64,000 nucleotides of DNA from Candidatus Hydrogenedentota bacterium (GCA_963674865.2 CAXXYE010000004.1:1-64000), one strand, 5' to 3'; counted from the stretch's first letter, positions 1 through 10,539 are shown. Notes: generated by a model not told the origin, from the letters alone. A program made the numbers and translations.

Positions 1-1
1 G

Positions 2-58
2 GTCAAGTTTTTCATCGACATGATCGAGAGCGGCGAAATCCAGCGCGTCGCCGGCTAA
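2..58 (+). CDS. 3' end of an unidentified CDS entering the window (...VKFFIDMIESGEIQRVAG*)
   Basis: Open frame from base 2 to TAA at 56-58 with GC3-rich codons; too short to assign. Confidence 0.5.
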   Translation, partial: VKFFIDMIESGEIQRVAG

Positions 59-88
59 TCCTCTTCTCGCCTTCCCCCGAGCCTGGCC

Positions 89-826
89 TCACTCCCGCGC
101 GGGTTTGGGCCGCCATCCGAACCAGGACAGCAATCGGTACCGGAGCACCATGGCGATCATCTTCATGCCGAGGAAGAATGCCTTCACCTTGCTTCCGGTT
201 ACGGATGATCTACCGACGCGCTTCTTGTAATTGACGGGAATCTCAATGAAGGGGATGCCGTTGAGAATGGTGAGCAGCGTAATCTGCGGGCCGAAAGCGG
301 AGCCTCCCACGGAGAACTGAGGCGCGAGCGTTTGGTATGCATCTCGACTGAGCAGGCGCATCGAGCAGCCCACATCCGTCAGCAAGGTCGTGTTGAACAG
401 GAACTCGATCATCTTCCCCACGGCCCAATTGCCCCATTTCAGGAAGAATCCCATATTGGCGCCTTCCCAGACGAATTCACGTTGAGTTCGAGTGCCGAAC
501 ACGACGGGCACATCGTCGGAGTAGGCCAGCAGTTTGGCCACATCGTGGCCCGAGAACGTGCCGTCCGGCTCGGCGATGATCAACAGATCGCCTTGGGATT
601 CTTCGAGGCCCTTCCATATGGCGTAGCCATAGCCTTGCCGGGACTCGTAGACAAGCCGCGCCCGCGTCGGCCTTACCTCATCATCGGTTCCCTCGGCGGC
701 ATTATTGTTGACGACCACGATCTCGTCCACGTATCCGCTGGCGAAGAAATCGTCGACAGCGGCGCGGATCGACGCCTTCTCGTTGTAGGTGGGGAAGACT
801 ACGGAGACTTTCTTGCTATTCCACAT
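89..826 (-). CDS. Glycosyltransferase family 2 (DPM1/GtrB-like polyprenol-phosphate sugar synthase)
   Basis: VSVVFPTYNE...EIVVVNNN, GYGYAI, EPD in place of DxD, GTR, TDVGCSMR, EIPVNY..R.G.S motifs of DPM1-like GT2. GTG start. Confidence 0.85.
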   Translation of the reverse strand: MWNSKKVSVVFPTYNEKASIRAAVDDFFASGYVDEIVVVNNNAAEGTDDEVRPTRARLVYESRQGYGYAIWKGLEESQGDLLIIAEPDGTFSGHDVAKLLAYSDDVPVVFGTRTQREFVWEGANMGFFLKWGNWAVGKMIEFLFNTTLLTDVGCSMRLLSRDAYQTLAPQFSVGGSAFGPQITLLTILNGIPFIEIPVNYKKRVGRSSVTGSKVKAFFLGMKMIAMVLRYRLLSWFGWRPKPARE

Positions 827-854
827 CAGTTTGCCGTCACACCATTTTCCAGAT

Positions 855-2480
855 CTACCAGTACGTGAACAAGCAGGACTCTATCAGCCAGCACTGCACG
901 GTGAGAAAGGCGCATGTCGCGATAAGCGGGCCGCGGGAGCGCGCGGAGGCGCCGAGCCGGTTGAGCTGGTAGGCCGCCGGTACCGCCAAGAAGGGCAACA
1001 CGTACATGGCCGAGCGCTCCCCTTCGCCCCGGCCAAGGTAGAGTGCGCTCAGGACAAGGGCCGTCAAAGCAAAGGCGATGGACAGGCCGCGGCTGTCTTT
1101 CGCTGGGCGGAACACCCGCGTCAGGAACAGCACCGACACCGGTACGCCCGCGAAGAAGAACCAGCAGGCTGGATTGAGTAGGCGCCAGGCCCACGAGGGG
1201 AAGCGGGGCGTCAACTTGTCGAGGTGAACCTGGTCGGTGTCGAACTGGGCCTTGCATACGCGGAAACACTCGATCATGTCGAAGCCGGACCAGAGGCGTA
1301 TGGCGAGGTGGAAACCGGCGAACGCGACAAGCATCATCGCCGCCGTCTGGATCACCGCCACTCGACGCCCTTTCTCGGCCAAGCGCCAGAGGCCAATGAA
1401 GGCGAAGAAGGCCCCGAGAGCGATTAGCGAGAAGGAGAGGACGGAGCAGACGCCGTAGAGAACGCCCGCTGCGAGGGCGTAAGGGATCGAGCGTCGATGC
1501 AGAGCGCGCCAGAACAGGAACAGGGCCGTGAGGTTGAACGGCATAAACAGCGTATCGATGCTCGTCGCCGTGAATAGCGCAATCGACGGCATCAAGGTGT
1601 AAAGCGCACAGCAAGTCAGGGCCACGCGCTTATCCGCCATATCCTTCACCCAGAAGTAAAGCGGCACCACGGCCAAACTCCCGCCCACCATAGTGGCAAT
1701 GGAGAGCCCGAGAGGGGAGCGGCCCACGACGAATGAAAGCACCCACAGCAGCGCCACCGGCCCCGGGGGGTGAACCTTCGAGTGCATCGAGAGATACGGG
1801 TGCATCTTCACGTAATTTGCGAAGAGTCCACGGAGGCTTCTGCCTCGTCCGATGTCGTCTATGTATTCATACTCGTGGCGGCTGTAGGCCTGCGCGATGC
1901 CGTCCAATCCTCCCCGGGTCATGGCCAGCGCCGCCGAGAACACGAAGAGGAATACCACCAACGCCGCCAGCAGCCAAAGTGTTGCCTTATGCGAAGGCTC
2001 CTCATCATTCCAACGCAGCTGGCCAAGTACAACAAACATGGCCACGAGCCAGGTTGCGCCGATGGCCAACACAGGTAGGTCGTGCGACACCGCTGCCCAT
2101 CCCGGGCCGAAAGCCTCCGCGAAGGGCGTCTTGAGCAGGTAGTGGTCGAGCAGGAGGGCTAATCCGAGCAGCCCCAATGGCATGGCCCAGTCGAGCGGCT
2201 GGGCGCCGGCTATGGCGGAGTTTCGAGTTGAGAGCACGTGCTTCACCACAAGATAGCCGCACCACAAGACCGCCAGGAGAGCCGCCGGGATGAAGAAAGA
2301 TGTGAATCGGGGCAGCCAGCGGCAATAGAACGGCGTGACATGGCCGTAGATGGCCTCGATCCCGAGTTGCCAGAGCACGACGAGCGCCAGGAGGTACCAC
2401 AAAGTGCATCGCACATACAGGCCCGTCAGGCGGCGCGCCGTATCCTCCGGCGACGCGTGGAGCGTGGATTCTGACAACAT
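855..2480 (-). CDS. Polytopic membrane protein, probable GT-C (PMT/ArnT-like) glycosyltransferase
   Basis: About 12 hydrophobic segments, HPPG loop motif and GEGER C-terminal loop; lies directly upstream of the GT2. Start set at ATG 2480. Confidence 0.65.
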   Translation of the reverse strand: MLSESTLHASPEDTARRLTGLYVRCTLWYLLALVVLWQLGIEAIYGHVTPFYCRWLPRFTSFFIPAALLAVLWCGYLVVKHVLSTRNSAIAGAQPLDWAMPLGLLGLALLLDHYLLKTPFAEAFGPGWAAVSHDLPVLAIGATWLVAMFVVLGQLRWNDEEPSHKATLWLLAALVVFLFVFSAALAMTRGGLDGIAQAYSRHEYEYIDDIGRGRSLRGLFANYVKMHPYLSMHSKVHPPGPVALLWVLSFVVGRSPLGLSIATMVGGSLAVVPLYFWVKDMADKRVALTCCALYTLMPSIALFTATSIDTLFMPFNLTALFLFWRALHRRSIPYALAAGVLYGVCSVLSFSLIALGAFFAFIGLWRLAEKGRRVAVIQTAAMMLVAFAGFHLAIRLWSGFDMIECFRVCKAQFDTDQVHLDKLTPRFPSWAWRLLNPACWFFFAGVPVSVLFLTRVFRPAKDSRGLSIAFALTALVLSALYLGRGEGERSAMYVLPFLAVPAAYQLNRLGASARSRGPLIATCAFLTVQCWLIESCLFTYW

Positions 2481-2639
2481 GCGCGATATTCTACCCGCCA
2501 CGCCGCACGAACTCCAGAGGCAAGACTTGCTGCTCGGAGCGTTGATCTGCCGGCGGGATTTTGCTAGGTTGAGCGCTTTGCGAGGCCCATGTGGAATGGA
2601 CTTGTTTGCGGCTGGTTGGACGTGTCTGTGGAGTCCTTG

Positions 2640-4214
2640 ATGAATCTACCGAATCGCATGTTGTTGAGTGGAAATGAGGCCGTGGCGTTGGCGGCGCGTG
2701 ATGCCGGGGTGGCGCTGGGCGTCGGCTATCCGGGGACGCCGTCGACGGAGATCCTCGAGAACTTGTCGCGGCTGGGAGGCAGCGCCCAGTGGTCGCCGAA
2801 TGAAAAGGTGGCGTTCGAGGTGGGCCTGGGCGTGGTGTTCGCCGGGGCGCGCGCCGTGGTTACGATGAAGCATGTCGGGCTGAACGTGGCGGCGGATCCG
2901 CTGTTCACGGCGGCTTACACGGGGGTGAGCGGCGGCCTCGTGGTGGTATCGGCGGATGATCCGGGGATGGCCTCGAGTCAGAATGAGCAGGATAACCGGA
3001 ACTACGCGCGCGCGGCGGGTGTGCCGACGCTGGAGCCGAGCGATTCGCAGGAGGCATACGACTTCACGCTCCGGGCCTTCGAGATTTCGGAGCGTTGGCG
3101 GACGCCGGTGATGCTTCGTATGACGACACGCATCTGCCACTCGAAAACCATTGTCTGCCCCGACGATGCGCATCGGCCGGCCGGGCCGCATGCGCCCTCT
3201 TTCGTGCGCGATGTGAAGGGGCGCGTGATGATCCCGGCGTATGCGCGGCAGGCCCATCGGCGGCTTCGCGCCAAACTCGCGGATATTCGGGCCTGGAATG
3301 AGGCTTCGGAACTCAACAAGGAACTCGGGGCGGATCGCTGCCTCGGAATCATTGCCGCCGGCGTCAGCTACACGCACGCGCGGGAGGCCGCCCCTGAGGC
3401 GGCCGTGCTGAAGCTGGGGATGACGTACCCGTTGCCCATCGAGAAGATTCGGGCCTTCGTGGAGAGCGTCGATCGCTGTGTGGTTATCGAAGAAGGGGAC
3501 CCCTATCTCGCGGAGTCGATCCGGGCTTGCGGGATGGTTGTCGAGGACAAGCCGGAGATGTACCGCTTCGGCGAGCTTGACGTGGAGCGTGTGCGGCGCA
3601 TTCTCTGCGGCGATGTGTCCCCGGAGGCGAGCCCGCCTGCGGGGAAACCCCCGCAGCTCTGTCAAGGCTGCCCGCATCGCGTGGTGTTCTCGGCGCTATC
3701 GCGGCTGGACTGCATCGTGGCCGGCGATATCGGCTGTTACACGCTCGGCGTGCTCCCGCCCTATGAGGCCATGGACACATGCGTTTGTATGGGGGCGAGC
3801 ATCGGCGTTGGGCTGGGCCTGAGGCATGTTCTGCCCGAGGAAGAAGCACGCCGCGTGGTGAGCGTGATCGGCGACAGTACCTTCGTTCACAGCGGCCTCA
3901 CCGGGCTGGTGGAGATGGTTTACAATCCGCCAAGCACGGGACACGTGGTGCTGATTCTCGACAATGACACGACGGCCATGACGGGCCTCCAGGAGCATCC
4001 GGGTACGGGCCGGAGGCTTGACCGCCAGCCGACGAACCGGTTAGTCATTGAAGAGGTGGCGCGTGCCATCGGCATAAGCCAGGTGCACGTTGTGGATCCG
4101 ACGGCCGGTGTGAAGGCCTTTCAGGAATTGCTCTCGAGCGCCTTGTCGGGTGGGGAGCTGGTGGTCATCATAGCGCGGAAGGTTTGCCAACTCGCGGCAA
4201 GGAAGAAGTCTTGA
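2640..4214 (+). CDS. iorA: Indolepyruvate:ferredoxin oxidoreductase alpha subunit
   Basis: GNEAVA, GYPGTPSTEI, NEKVA, MKHVGLNVAAD, ADDPGMASSQNEQD, CQGCPHR, GDIGCYTLG and the TPP motif IGDSTFVHSG. GGAG RBS before ATG 2640. Confidence 0.93.
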   Translation: MNLPNRMLLSGNEAVALAARDAGVALGVGYPGTPSTEILENLSRLGGSAQWSPNEKVAFEVGLGVVFAGARAVVTMKHVGLNVAADPLFTAAYTGVSGGLVVVSADDPGMASSQNEQDNRNYARAAGVPTLEPSDSQEAYDFTLRAFEISERWRTPVMLRMTTRICHSKTIVCPDDAHRPAGPHAPSFVRDVKGRVMIPAYARQAHRRLRAKLADIRAWNEASELNKELGADRCLGIIAAGVSYTHAREAAPEAAVLKLGMTYPLPIEKIRAFVESVDRCVVIEEGDPYLAESIRACGMVVEDKPEMYRFGELDVERVRRILCGDVSPEASPPAGKPPQLCQGCPHRVVFSALSRLDCIVAGDIGCYTLGVLPPYEAMDTCVCMGASIGVGLGLRHVLPEEEARRVVSVIGDSTFVHSGLTGLVEMVYNPPSTGHVVLILDNDTTAMTGLQEHPGTGRRLDRQPTNRLVIEEVARAIGISQVHVVDPTAGVKAFQELLSSALSGGELVVIIARKVCQLAARKKS

Positions 4215-4753
4215 TGAGCGAATCCTCGAAAACAACCAACGTGGTTATTGCCGGACTCGGTGGCCAGGGTGTCTTGAAGGCGTCTGATATTCTAGCGGAC
4301 GCACTGGTGCGTTCAGGATGTGATGTGAAGAAGAGCGAGGTGCACGGGATGAGCCAGCGCGGCGGTTCCGTGCACAGCGATGTGCGCTTCGGCAGCGAGG
4401 TACTGAGCCCGATGGTGCCTCCCGGCGAGGGGGATTTCCTAGTCGTACTCGACGGCACACAGATCGAGGCCAATCTTCACGCCTTGCGGGATGGGGGCGT
4501 GCTCATCACCCCGGCGACGATCTTGGGTGAAGAGGGGGATATGAAGGCGATTGAGAAGGCCGGCGGCCTGCCGCTCACCCGGCAGAATTTCAACGTCGCG
4601 CTGCTTGGGGCCTTGAGCACCCACCTTGCACTTTCCGAGGAGCATTGGCTCGCGGCGATTCGGGCCAACCTGCCTGAGCGGGCCCACGCGGCCAATGCGG
4701 AGGTGTTCGACTTTGGCCGGGCGGCGGCTCAAGGGGATAGGCCCGCGCTATAG
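4214..4753 (+). CDS. iorB: Indolepyruvate:ferredoxin oxidoreductase beta subunit
   Basis: GLGGQG, SEVHGMSQRGGSV.SDVRFG; TGATG overlap with the iorA stop. Confidence 0.92.
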   Translation: MSESSKTTNVVIAGLGGQGVLKASDILADALVRSGCDVKKSEVHGMSQRGGSVHSDVRFGSEVLSPMVPPGEGDFLVVLDGTQIEANLHALRDGGVLITPATILGEEGDMKAIEKAGGLPLTRQNFNVALLGALSTHLALSEEHWLAAIRANLPERAHAANAEVFDFGRAAAQGDRPAL

Positions 4754-4851
4754 TCCAGGCCTGCAAGGGCTTGGCTGAAGGGCTGTCGTCGGGGGACGCA
4801 AGACTGGGGGCGTTGGCGTGCGTGGATTTTCCACTTTTCTTCTTATGCGGG

Positions 4852-4880
4852 TTGCCATGAGCTTTTGATTGGCGTATACT
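4852..4880 (+). promoter_or_regulatory. sigma70-type promoter upstream of the first paaK
   Basis: TTGCCA (4852-4857) - 17 bp - TATACT (4875-4880). Confidence 0.6.
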
Positions 4881-5013
4881 TCTGCGCCATTGGAGGGAGC
4901 ATAAGGCATTCCGGGCCGGTGTTTTCCGAGGCATCCCGCGAAGGCTTTCCTGCCTCTTCTCGCAGCACTTGGGCATTAAGCGTCACAAACGTATCGAACA
5001 GGGAGAGTGCTCC

Positions 5014-6348
5014 ATGAGTGAGTTCTGGCACGACGCGGGCTGCGCCTTCCACCCCGTCAGCGGACCTGATTACCTACCCCCGAAGCAACTGCGGCAGCTC
5101 CAATTGCACCGGCTCCAAATCATTGTGAACCGGGCGTATAGCAATGTTCGTCTGTTCAAAGAACGCATGGATGAGCGGGGCGTGAAACCGGAGGCCGTCC
5201 AGTCGTTAGCTGATATTGCCAAGCTGCCGTTCACCGTGAAAGACGACCTGCGCGACGCGTATCCCTTTGGCCTGTTCGCGAGCCCGATGCACGAGGTCGT
5301 CCGGCTTCATGCTTCGAGCGGCACGACGGGAAAGCCCACCGTTGTGGCGTACACGCAGCAAGATGTGAACGTTTGGGCGAGCGTAATGGTGCGCACCTTT
5401 GCTGCTTGCGGGTGTCAGCGGGGAGACATCATCCAGAATGCCTACGGCTACGGACTGTTTACCGGCGGGCTTGGGGCACACTACGGGGCCGAGGCGCTGG
5501 GCGCCACGGTTATCCCGATCTCCGGGGGGAACACGGATCGTCAGATTATGGTGATGAAGGACTTCGGGGTGACGGCGATTTGCTGTACACCGAGTTACTT
5601 CGTACATCTTCTTGAGCGGGCGGCGGAACTGGGCGTGGATCTGAAGGAACTGCCGATCAAGGCGGGCATCTTCGGGGCGGAGCCGTGGACGGATGCCATG
5701 CGTGCGCGGATCGAGCCTGAGGCAGAGATCAAGGCTTACGATATCTATGGCCTGTCCGAGATCATCGGCCCGGGCGTGGCGAGCGAATGCGAGGCCCAAG
5801 TAGGCCTACACATTTTCGAGGATCATTTCTATCCGGAGATCATCAATCCGGAGACAGGCGAGGTGCTTCCGGATGGTGAAGAGGGCGAGCTGGTGTTCAC
5901 GACGCTGAGCAAACAGGCTATGCCGCTCATCCGCTACCGTACGCGGGACATTACGAATTTCATCACGGAGGCGTGCTCATGCGGGCGGACCGTGCGCCGG
6001 ATCAAGCGCATCAGTCGCCGTAGCGATGACATGTTTATCATCCGTGGCGTCAACGTTTTCCCATCTCAAGTCGAAGCGGCGTTGCTCGAGGCCGAAGGTA
6101 CGCTTCCGCACTATCAGATAGTGCTGACGCGGGACAAAGGGCTCGACCAGATGGCGGTTCAGGTTGAAGTGACGCCTGAAGTGTTCAGTGATAAGGTCGG
6201 CGCCGTCGAGAATCTGCGCCAGAGCCTGAGCCGTGCCATTGAGCACACGGTGGGCCTGCGTGTGGCCGTCCGGCTCGTCGAACCGCACACGATTGAGCGC
6301 AGTATGGGCAAGGCCAAGCGCGTTCTGGACCAGCGGGGCGCTTCGTGA
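5014..6348 (+). CDS. paaK: Phenylacetate/aryl-acid--CoA ligase (paralogue 1)
   Basis: [75 protein letters not shown]. Confidence 0.92.
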   Translation: MSEFWHDAGCAFHPVSGPDYLPPKQLRQLQLHRLQIIVNRAYSNVRLFKERMDERGVKPEAVQSLADIAKLPFTVKDDLRDAYPFGLFASPMHEVVRLHASSGTTGKPTVVAYTQQDVNVWASVMVRTFAACGCQRGDIIQNAYGYGLFTGGLGAHYGAEALGATVIPISGGNTDRQIMVMKDFGVTAICCTPSYFVHLLERAAELGVDLKELPIKAGIFGAEPWTDAMRARIEPEAEIKAYDIYGLSEIIGPGVASECEAQVGLHIFEDHFYPEIINPETGEVLPDGEEGELVFTTLSKQAMPLIRYRTRDITNFITEACSCGRTVRRIKRISRRSDDMFIIRGVNVFPSQVEAALLEAEGTLPHYQIVLTRDKGLDQMAVQVEVTPEVFSDKVGAVENLRQSLSRAIEHTVGLRVAVRLVEPHTIERSMGKAKRVLDQRGAS

Positions 6349-6421
6349 CGATAAGAGGCACAACGTGGGCGCCCGGCCGCACGGCGGATGTGAGCGCCCC
6401 GATAGACGGGAGAGGGCCGAC

Positions 6422-6862
6422 ATGAAGATTCATCAGCTATCCGTGTTCCTGGAGAATGAGACGGGCCGGTTGAGCAGGCCTTGCGAGGCGCTTGCCAAGG
6501 CCGGGATCAATATTCTCACGTTGTCGCTGGCCGACACGCAGCAATTCGGCATCCTGCGCCTGATTGTGCGTGATTGGGAGAAGGCAAAGGCCATCCTCGA
6601 AGAGAGCGGCTGCGTTGTCAACGTCACCGAGGTGGTCGCCACTGAGGTAGCGGATCGGCCCGGGGGCCTTGCCGAGTTGCTGAAGGTGATGGAGGCGGGA
6701 GGCATCAACATCGAGTATATGTACGCCTTCACCTTCCGGTGGGAGGATAAGGCGGTGATGATTTTCCGCTTCCAGGATCCTGACGCCGCATTGGAGACAC
6801 TGAAGAAGGAAGGCGTGAACGTCGTGGGCGGTGTCGAACTATACGCCCGTGCAGAGGCATAG
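6422..6862 (+). CDS. Tandem ACT-domain protein (typical paaK neighbour)
   Basis: QLSVFLEN..GRL, INILTLSLADT..FGILRLIV, DRPGGL, INIEYMYAF. Confidence 0.88.
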   Translation: MKIHQLSVFLENETGRLSRPCEALAKAGINILTLSLADTQQFGILRLIVRDWEKAKAILEESGCVVNVTEVVATEVADRPGGLAELLKVMEAGGINIEYMYAFTFRWEDKAVMIFRFQDPDAALETLKKEGVNVVGGVELYARAEA

Positions 6863-6934
6863 CTATTCCCATACATGTTGGGCGCAGTTCATTGCGCCCA
6901 ACACGTGCATTGGTTGAGAGATCGAAGAGAGGTT

Positions 6935-8257
6935 ATGACGAAGTCAGCAGTAGAGAATCGAATCTGGGACAATGCGGAAGCCCTGCTGCGGGAGGAACTC
7001 GAGGCCCTGCAACTCCAGCGGCTGCGCGAGTGCGTTGCCCGTGTGCAACACGTCCCCTTCTACAAAGAAGCGTTTGGGCGCAATAAGATCGACCCCGCCG
7101 GCCTGTCAAGTCTGGACGACCTTCGGCGTCTTCCCCTGACCACGAAGGAGGATTTCAGGCAGCACTATCCTCTCGGCCTGTTGGCGGCGCCGCGGGAGGA
7201 CATCGTGCGGTTCCACGGTTCCTCCGGTACGACGGGAAAGCCCACGTTTGTGGCCTATACTCGCAAAGATTTGGATACGTGGTCCGGTTTGTGTGCACGA
7301 TTTCTCGTAGCGGGCGGGCTGAGGCCGGAGCATACGGTTCAGATCGCTTTCGGATACGGACTTTTTACGGGCGGTTTCGGGCTTCACTACGGCGTCGAGA
7401 AGGTGGGGGCGGCCGTCATCCCCGCCGCGTCCGGCAACACGCAGCGCCAGCTCATGCTCATGCAGGACCTGGGGAGCCAGGTGCTTGTCTGCACGCCGAG
7501 CTATGCTCTTACCATTGCTGATGTGGCGCGTTCCCAGGGGCTGGACCCGCGGATGCTTCCTCTCAAGTATGCCCACCTCGGCGGCGAGATGTGGACCACG
7601 GACATGCGGGCTCAGATCGAGGATGAACTTGGCCTCAAAGCGTTTAACAACTATGGCTTAAGTGAGGTCATCGGGCCGGGTGTAAGCGGCGAGTGCTCTG
7701 CCCAGGACGGCCTTCATGTTCAGGAAGACCACTTTATTGTCGAATGCCTTGATTCGGAGACCCTTGAACCGGTTAAGGATGGTGAGTACGGGGAATTGGT
7801 GATCACCTCCCTAACCAAAGAGGCCATGCCGATCATTAGGTACCGGACGCGGGATATCGCCGCGCTCGACAGGTGTACTTGTTCTTGCGGCAGGACCACG
7901 GTGCGTATGAGCTGGGTGGTCGGGCGGACGGATGACATGCTGATCATCCGCGGCGTCAACGTGTTTCCTTCGCAGATCGAGGAGGCGCTGCTTCAAGTTG
8001 AAGGTACAGCCCCTCATTATTGTATCGAGGTCAAGCGCCCGGGTACGCTGGATGAATTGACGGTGCGGGTCGAGGTCCGGCCACAGGACTTCTCGGATAC
8101 CATGCGGACTATGCAAGGTCTTCGGGACCGCATCACCCGCAGGATCCAGTCCGTCACCGGGATTCGCGCCAACGTCGAACTGGTCGAACCGCAGACGCTC
8201 GAGCGCTTCATGGGGAAGGCCAAACGCGTTATCGACCACCGGCTTGAAAGAAAGTGA
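6935..8257 (+). CDS. paaK: Phenylacetate/aryl-acid--CoA ligase (paralogue 2)
   Basis: [66 protein letters not shown] before ATG 6935. Confidence 0.92.
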   Translation: MTKSAVENRIWDNAEALLREELEALQLQRLRECVARVQHVPFYKEAFGRNKIDPAGLSSLDDLRRLPLTTKEDFRQHYPLGLLAAPREDIVRFHGSSGTTGKPTFVAYTRKDLDTWSGLCARFLVAGGLRPEHTVQIAFGYGLFTGGFGLHYGVEKVGAAVIPAASGNTQRQLMLMQDLGSQVLVCTPSYALTIADVARSQGLDPRMLPLKYAHLGGEMWTTDMRAQIEDELGLKAFNNYGLSEVIGPGVSGECSAQDGLHVQEDHFIVECLDSETLEPVKDGEYGELVITSLTKEAMPIIRYRTRDIAALDRCTCSCGRTTVRMSWVVGRTDDMLIIRGVNVFPSQIEEALLQVEGTAPHYCIEVKRPGTLDELTVRVEVRPQDFSDTMRTMQGLRDRITRRIQSVTGIRANVELVEPQTLERFMGKAKRVIDHRLERK

Positions 8258-8362
8258 ACCAACGAGGCGTCGGAGCCGTGTAAATATCGCCCGGTCGTTG
8301 GGAGGGGCCAGGTTCTGCGCCCCGAGCGGGCGGACAACATTAGCGGAAAGGAGGTGGGGAGT

Positions 8363-8539
8363 ATGCTCGGGATGGCTGACGGATGGATCGCTACGGTCTA
8401 CATACTGTGCTTGTTGAGTGCGCTGCTCTGCGTGGTTTATGGCGTCGTCAACTGGAATAAGGGCGACGTGGCGGAACTGCCCACGGATGACGACAAGCAC
8501 TGGGCGGAGGAAGAGGACAAACTGGAAGACGAGCTCTAG
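8363..8539 (+). CDS. Small single-TM symporter accessory protein
   Basis: MLGMADGWIATVYILCLLSALLCVVYGVVNWNKG plus an acidic tail; strong RBS; directly upstream of an SSS symporter. Confidence 0.8.
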   Translation: MLGMADGWIATVYILCLLSALLCVVYGVVNWNKGDVAELPTDDDKHWAEEEDKLEDEL

Positions 8540-8609
8540 CCGGCGGCCCGTGTCGCGCGGGATGAGGAACCTGCTTTGGAGCTGAAACCTTGGGGAGGGG
8601 CAACACGAC

Positions 8610-10244
8610 ATGGATGGCATGTTTTTCCTAACAATACTTGTGCTGATATATCTGTTTTTGATCGGATATCTCGGCTATAGGGGGTATCGGGGGACCCATA
8701 CGGCAACGGACTATCTCGTGGCGGGGCGAAAGATCCACCCCTTTGTCATGGCGATGTCTTACGGGGCGACGTTTATCAGTACTTCGGCCATCGTAGGTTT
8801 TGGGGGCGCGGCAGGCGTCTTCGGCATGGGCCTCCTTTGGCTGACATTTCTTAACATCTTCGTGGGCATCTTCATCGCCTTTGTCTTCTTCGGTGCGCGC
8901 ACCAGGGCGATGGGCCATCACCTTGATGCGCACACTTTTCCGGAGTTATTGGGCCGACGCTACGATTCGAAGTTTATCCAGGTGTTCTCCGGCCTAGTAA
9001 TTATCCTTTTCATGCCTTTGTACACAGGTGTTGTGCTCATGGGCGCGGCGAAGGCTGTTGAGGTGCGCACTGGAACGCCCTATGCGGCCGCGCTGCTCTT
9101 CTTCTCGGCCATTGTCGCCCTGTATGTGATTATGGGCGGCCTCAAAGGCGTGATGTATACCGATGCCCTTCAGGGCACGATCATGTTTGTGGCCATGATC
9201 GTGATTCTCCTGCTGACTTATAGCAAGTTGGGCGGCGTCGTGGAAGCGCATCAGCGGCTGACTGACCTGGCCTCCCATCTTCCCGAGAAGCTGGTGAAAG
9301 GAGGCCACCAGGGATGGACGGCCATGCCGAAGTTCGGCAGTCCCCTATGGTGGACGCTGGTGTCGACCATTGTGATGGGCGTTGGCATTGGCGTGTTGGC
9401 GCAGCCGCAGCTTGTAGTACGCTTTATGACGGTGCGCAGCTCACGCGAACTCAACCGCGCCGTGTTGGTGGGCGGAATCTTCATCCTGATGATGACGGGG
9501 GTGGCCTTCGTTGTCGGCTCGCTCTCCAATGTGCTCTTCTTCGATAGCACTGGCAGCATCGCCATTGCGGCCGCAAAGGGACAGGTGGCTCAGATTATCC
9601 CGATGTTTATGAAGGGCTTCATGCCCTGGTGGCTCGGAGATATCTTCCTTGTGGCGCTCATCGCGGCAGCCATGTCCACTGTCAGCAGTCAGTTCCACGC
9701 GATGGGGGCGGCGGCCGGCCGCGACCTCTATGAGGCTACGGCGGGCGTAGCGTCGAGCGACACCGGCTCGATCTCGGCCACCCGCGGGGGGATCATCTTC
9801 ACGTTCTTGTTGAGCGTTGCCTTGGCCTACATTCTGCCGGTGAAATACGGCGCGGGCGGCGCGGCCATCATCGCGCGTGGTACGGCGCTGTTCTTTGGCC
9901 TGTGCGCCTCAACCTTCCTGCCCATGTACCTTGGCGGCATCTACTCGCGCAGGATCACCAAGGCCGGGGCGATCTCGGGTAGTCTTGTGGGCTTCCTTGT
10001 GAGCGCACTGTGGCTTCTCTTCATTCATGATAAAGAAGCCGCCGCCCTGAAGGTTTGCCAGGTCCTAACAGGCAAGACGAGCCTGCTGGCCGGGGTGAAG
10101 ACAGGCTTCATCTTCTGGCCGGAAGTGGATCCGCTCCTTGTCGCTTTCCCGCTGGCGATCATCGTGACTATTGTCGTCTCGATGGCAAGCAAGCCATTCT
10201 CTAAAGAGCACGTGGACAACTGTTTCGCCAGTATCGGACGGTAG
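8610..10244 (+). CDS. Sodium:solute symporter (SSS family)
   Basis: DYLVAGR, ATFISTSAIVG, GGLKGVMYTDALQG, QPQLVVRF, AAAMST; about 13 TM helices. Confidence 0.92.
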   Translation: MDGMFFLTILVLIYLFLIGYLGYRGYRGTHTATDYLVAGRKIHPFVMAMSYGATFISTSAIVGFGGAAGVFGMGLLWLTFLNIFVGIFIAFVFFGARTRAMGHHLDAHTFPELLGRRYDSKFIQVFSGLVIILFMPLYTGVVLMGAAKAVEVRTGTPYAAALLFFSAIVALYVIMGGLKGVMYTDALQGTIMFVAMIVILLLTYSKLGGVVEAHQRLTDLASHLPEKLVKGGHQGWTAMPKFGSPLWWTLVSTIVMGVGIGVLAQPQLVVRFMTVRSSRELNRAVLVGGIFILMMTGVAFVVGSLSNVLFFDSTGSIAIAAAKGQVAQIIPMFMKGFMPWWLGDIFLVALIAAAMSTVSSQFHAMGAAAGRDLYEATAGVASSDTGSISATRGGIIFTFLLSVALAYILPVKYGAGGAAIIARGTALFFGLCASTFLPMYLGGIYSRRITKAGAISGSLVGFLVSALWLLFIHDKEAAALKVCQVLTGKTSLLAGVKTGFIFWPEVDPLLVAFPLAIIVTIVVSMASKPFSKEHVDNCFASIGR

Positions 10245-10539
10245 GCCAGGCTGGCCGCGCGAGGCGCGGCGTCCTTCCTGTCGAACCGTCGCTATTGCCG
10301 ATTTCTGGTATGCGGAGCCCCGAGTGGTACCACTCGGGGCTCCGCCTTTCCCGGGATGTGCTTCACCCTTATCGGCTGATGGCGGCGTCGCGCCGAATGC
10401 GATCAGGATTTCACTTAGGGATATTTGCGCTGGCGCGTGTTACAATATGCGGCGGATCCGGCGCCAGGGGTGCGGGATTCATGAATCTTCTTCAATAATC
10501 AGTCCTGCAGCGTAGCGGACCACTCGGGAGGGCCCGGAA

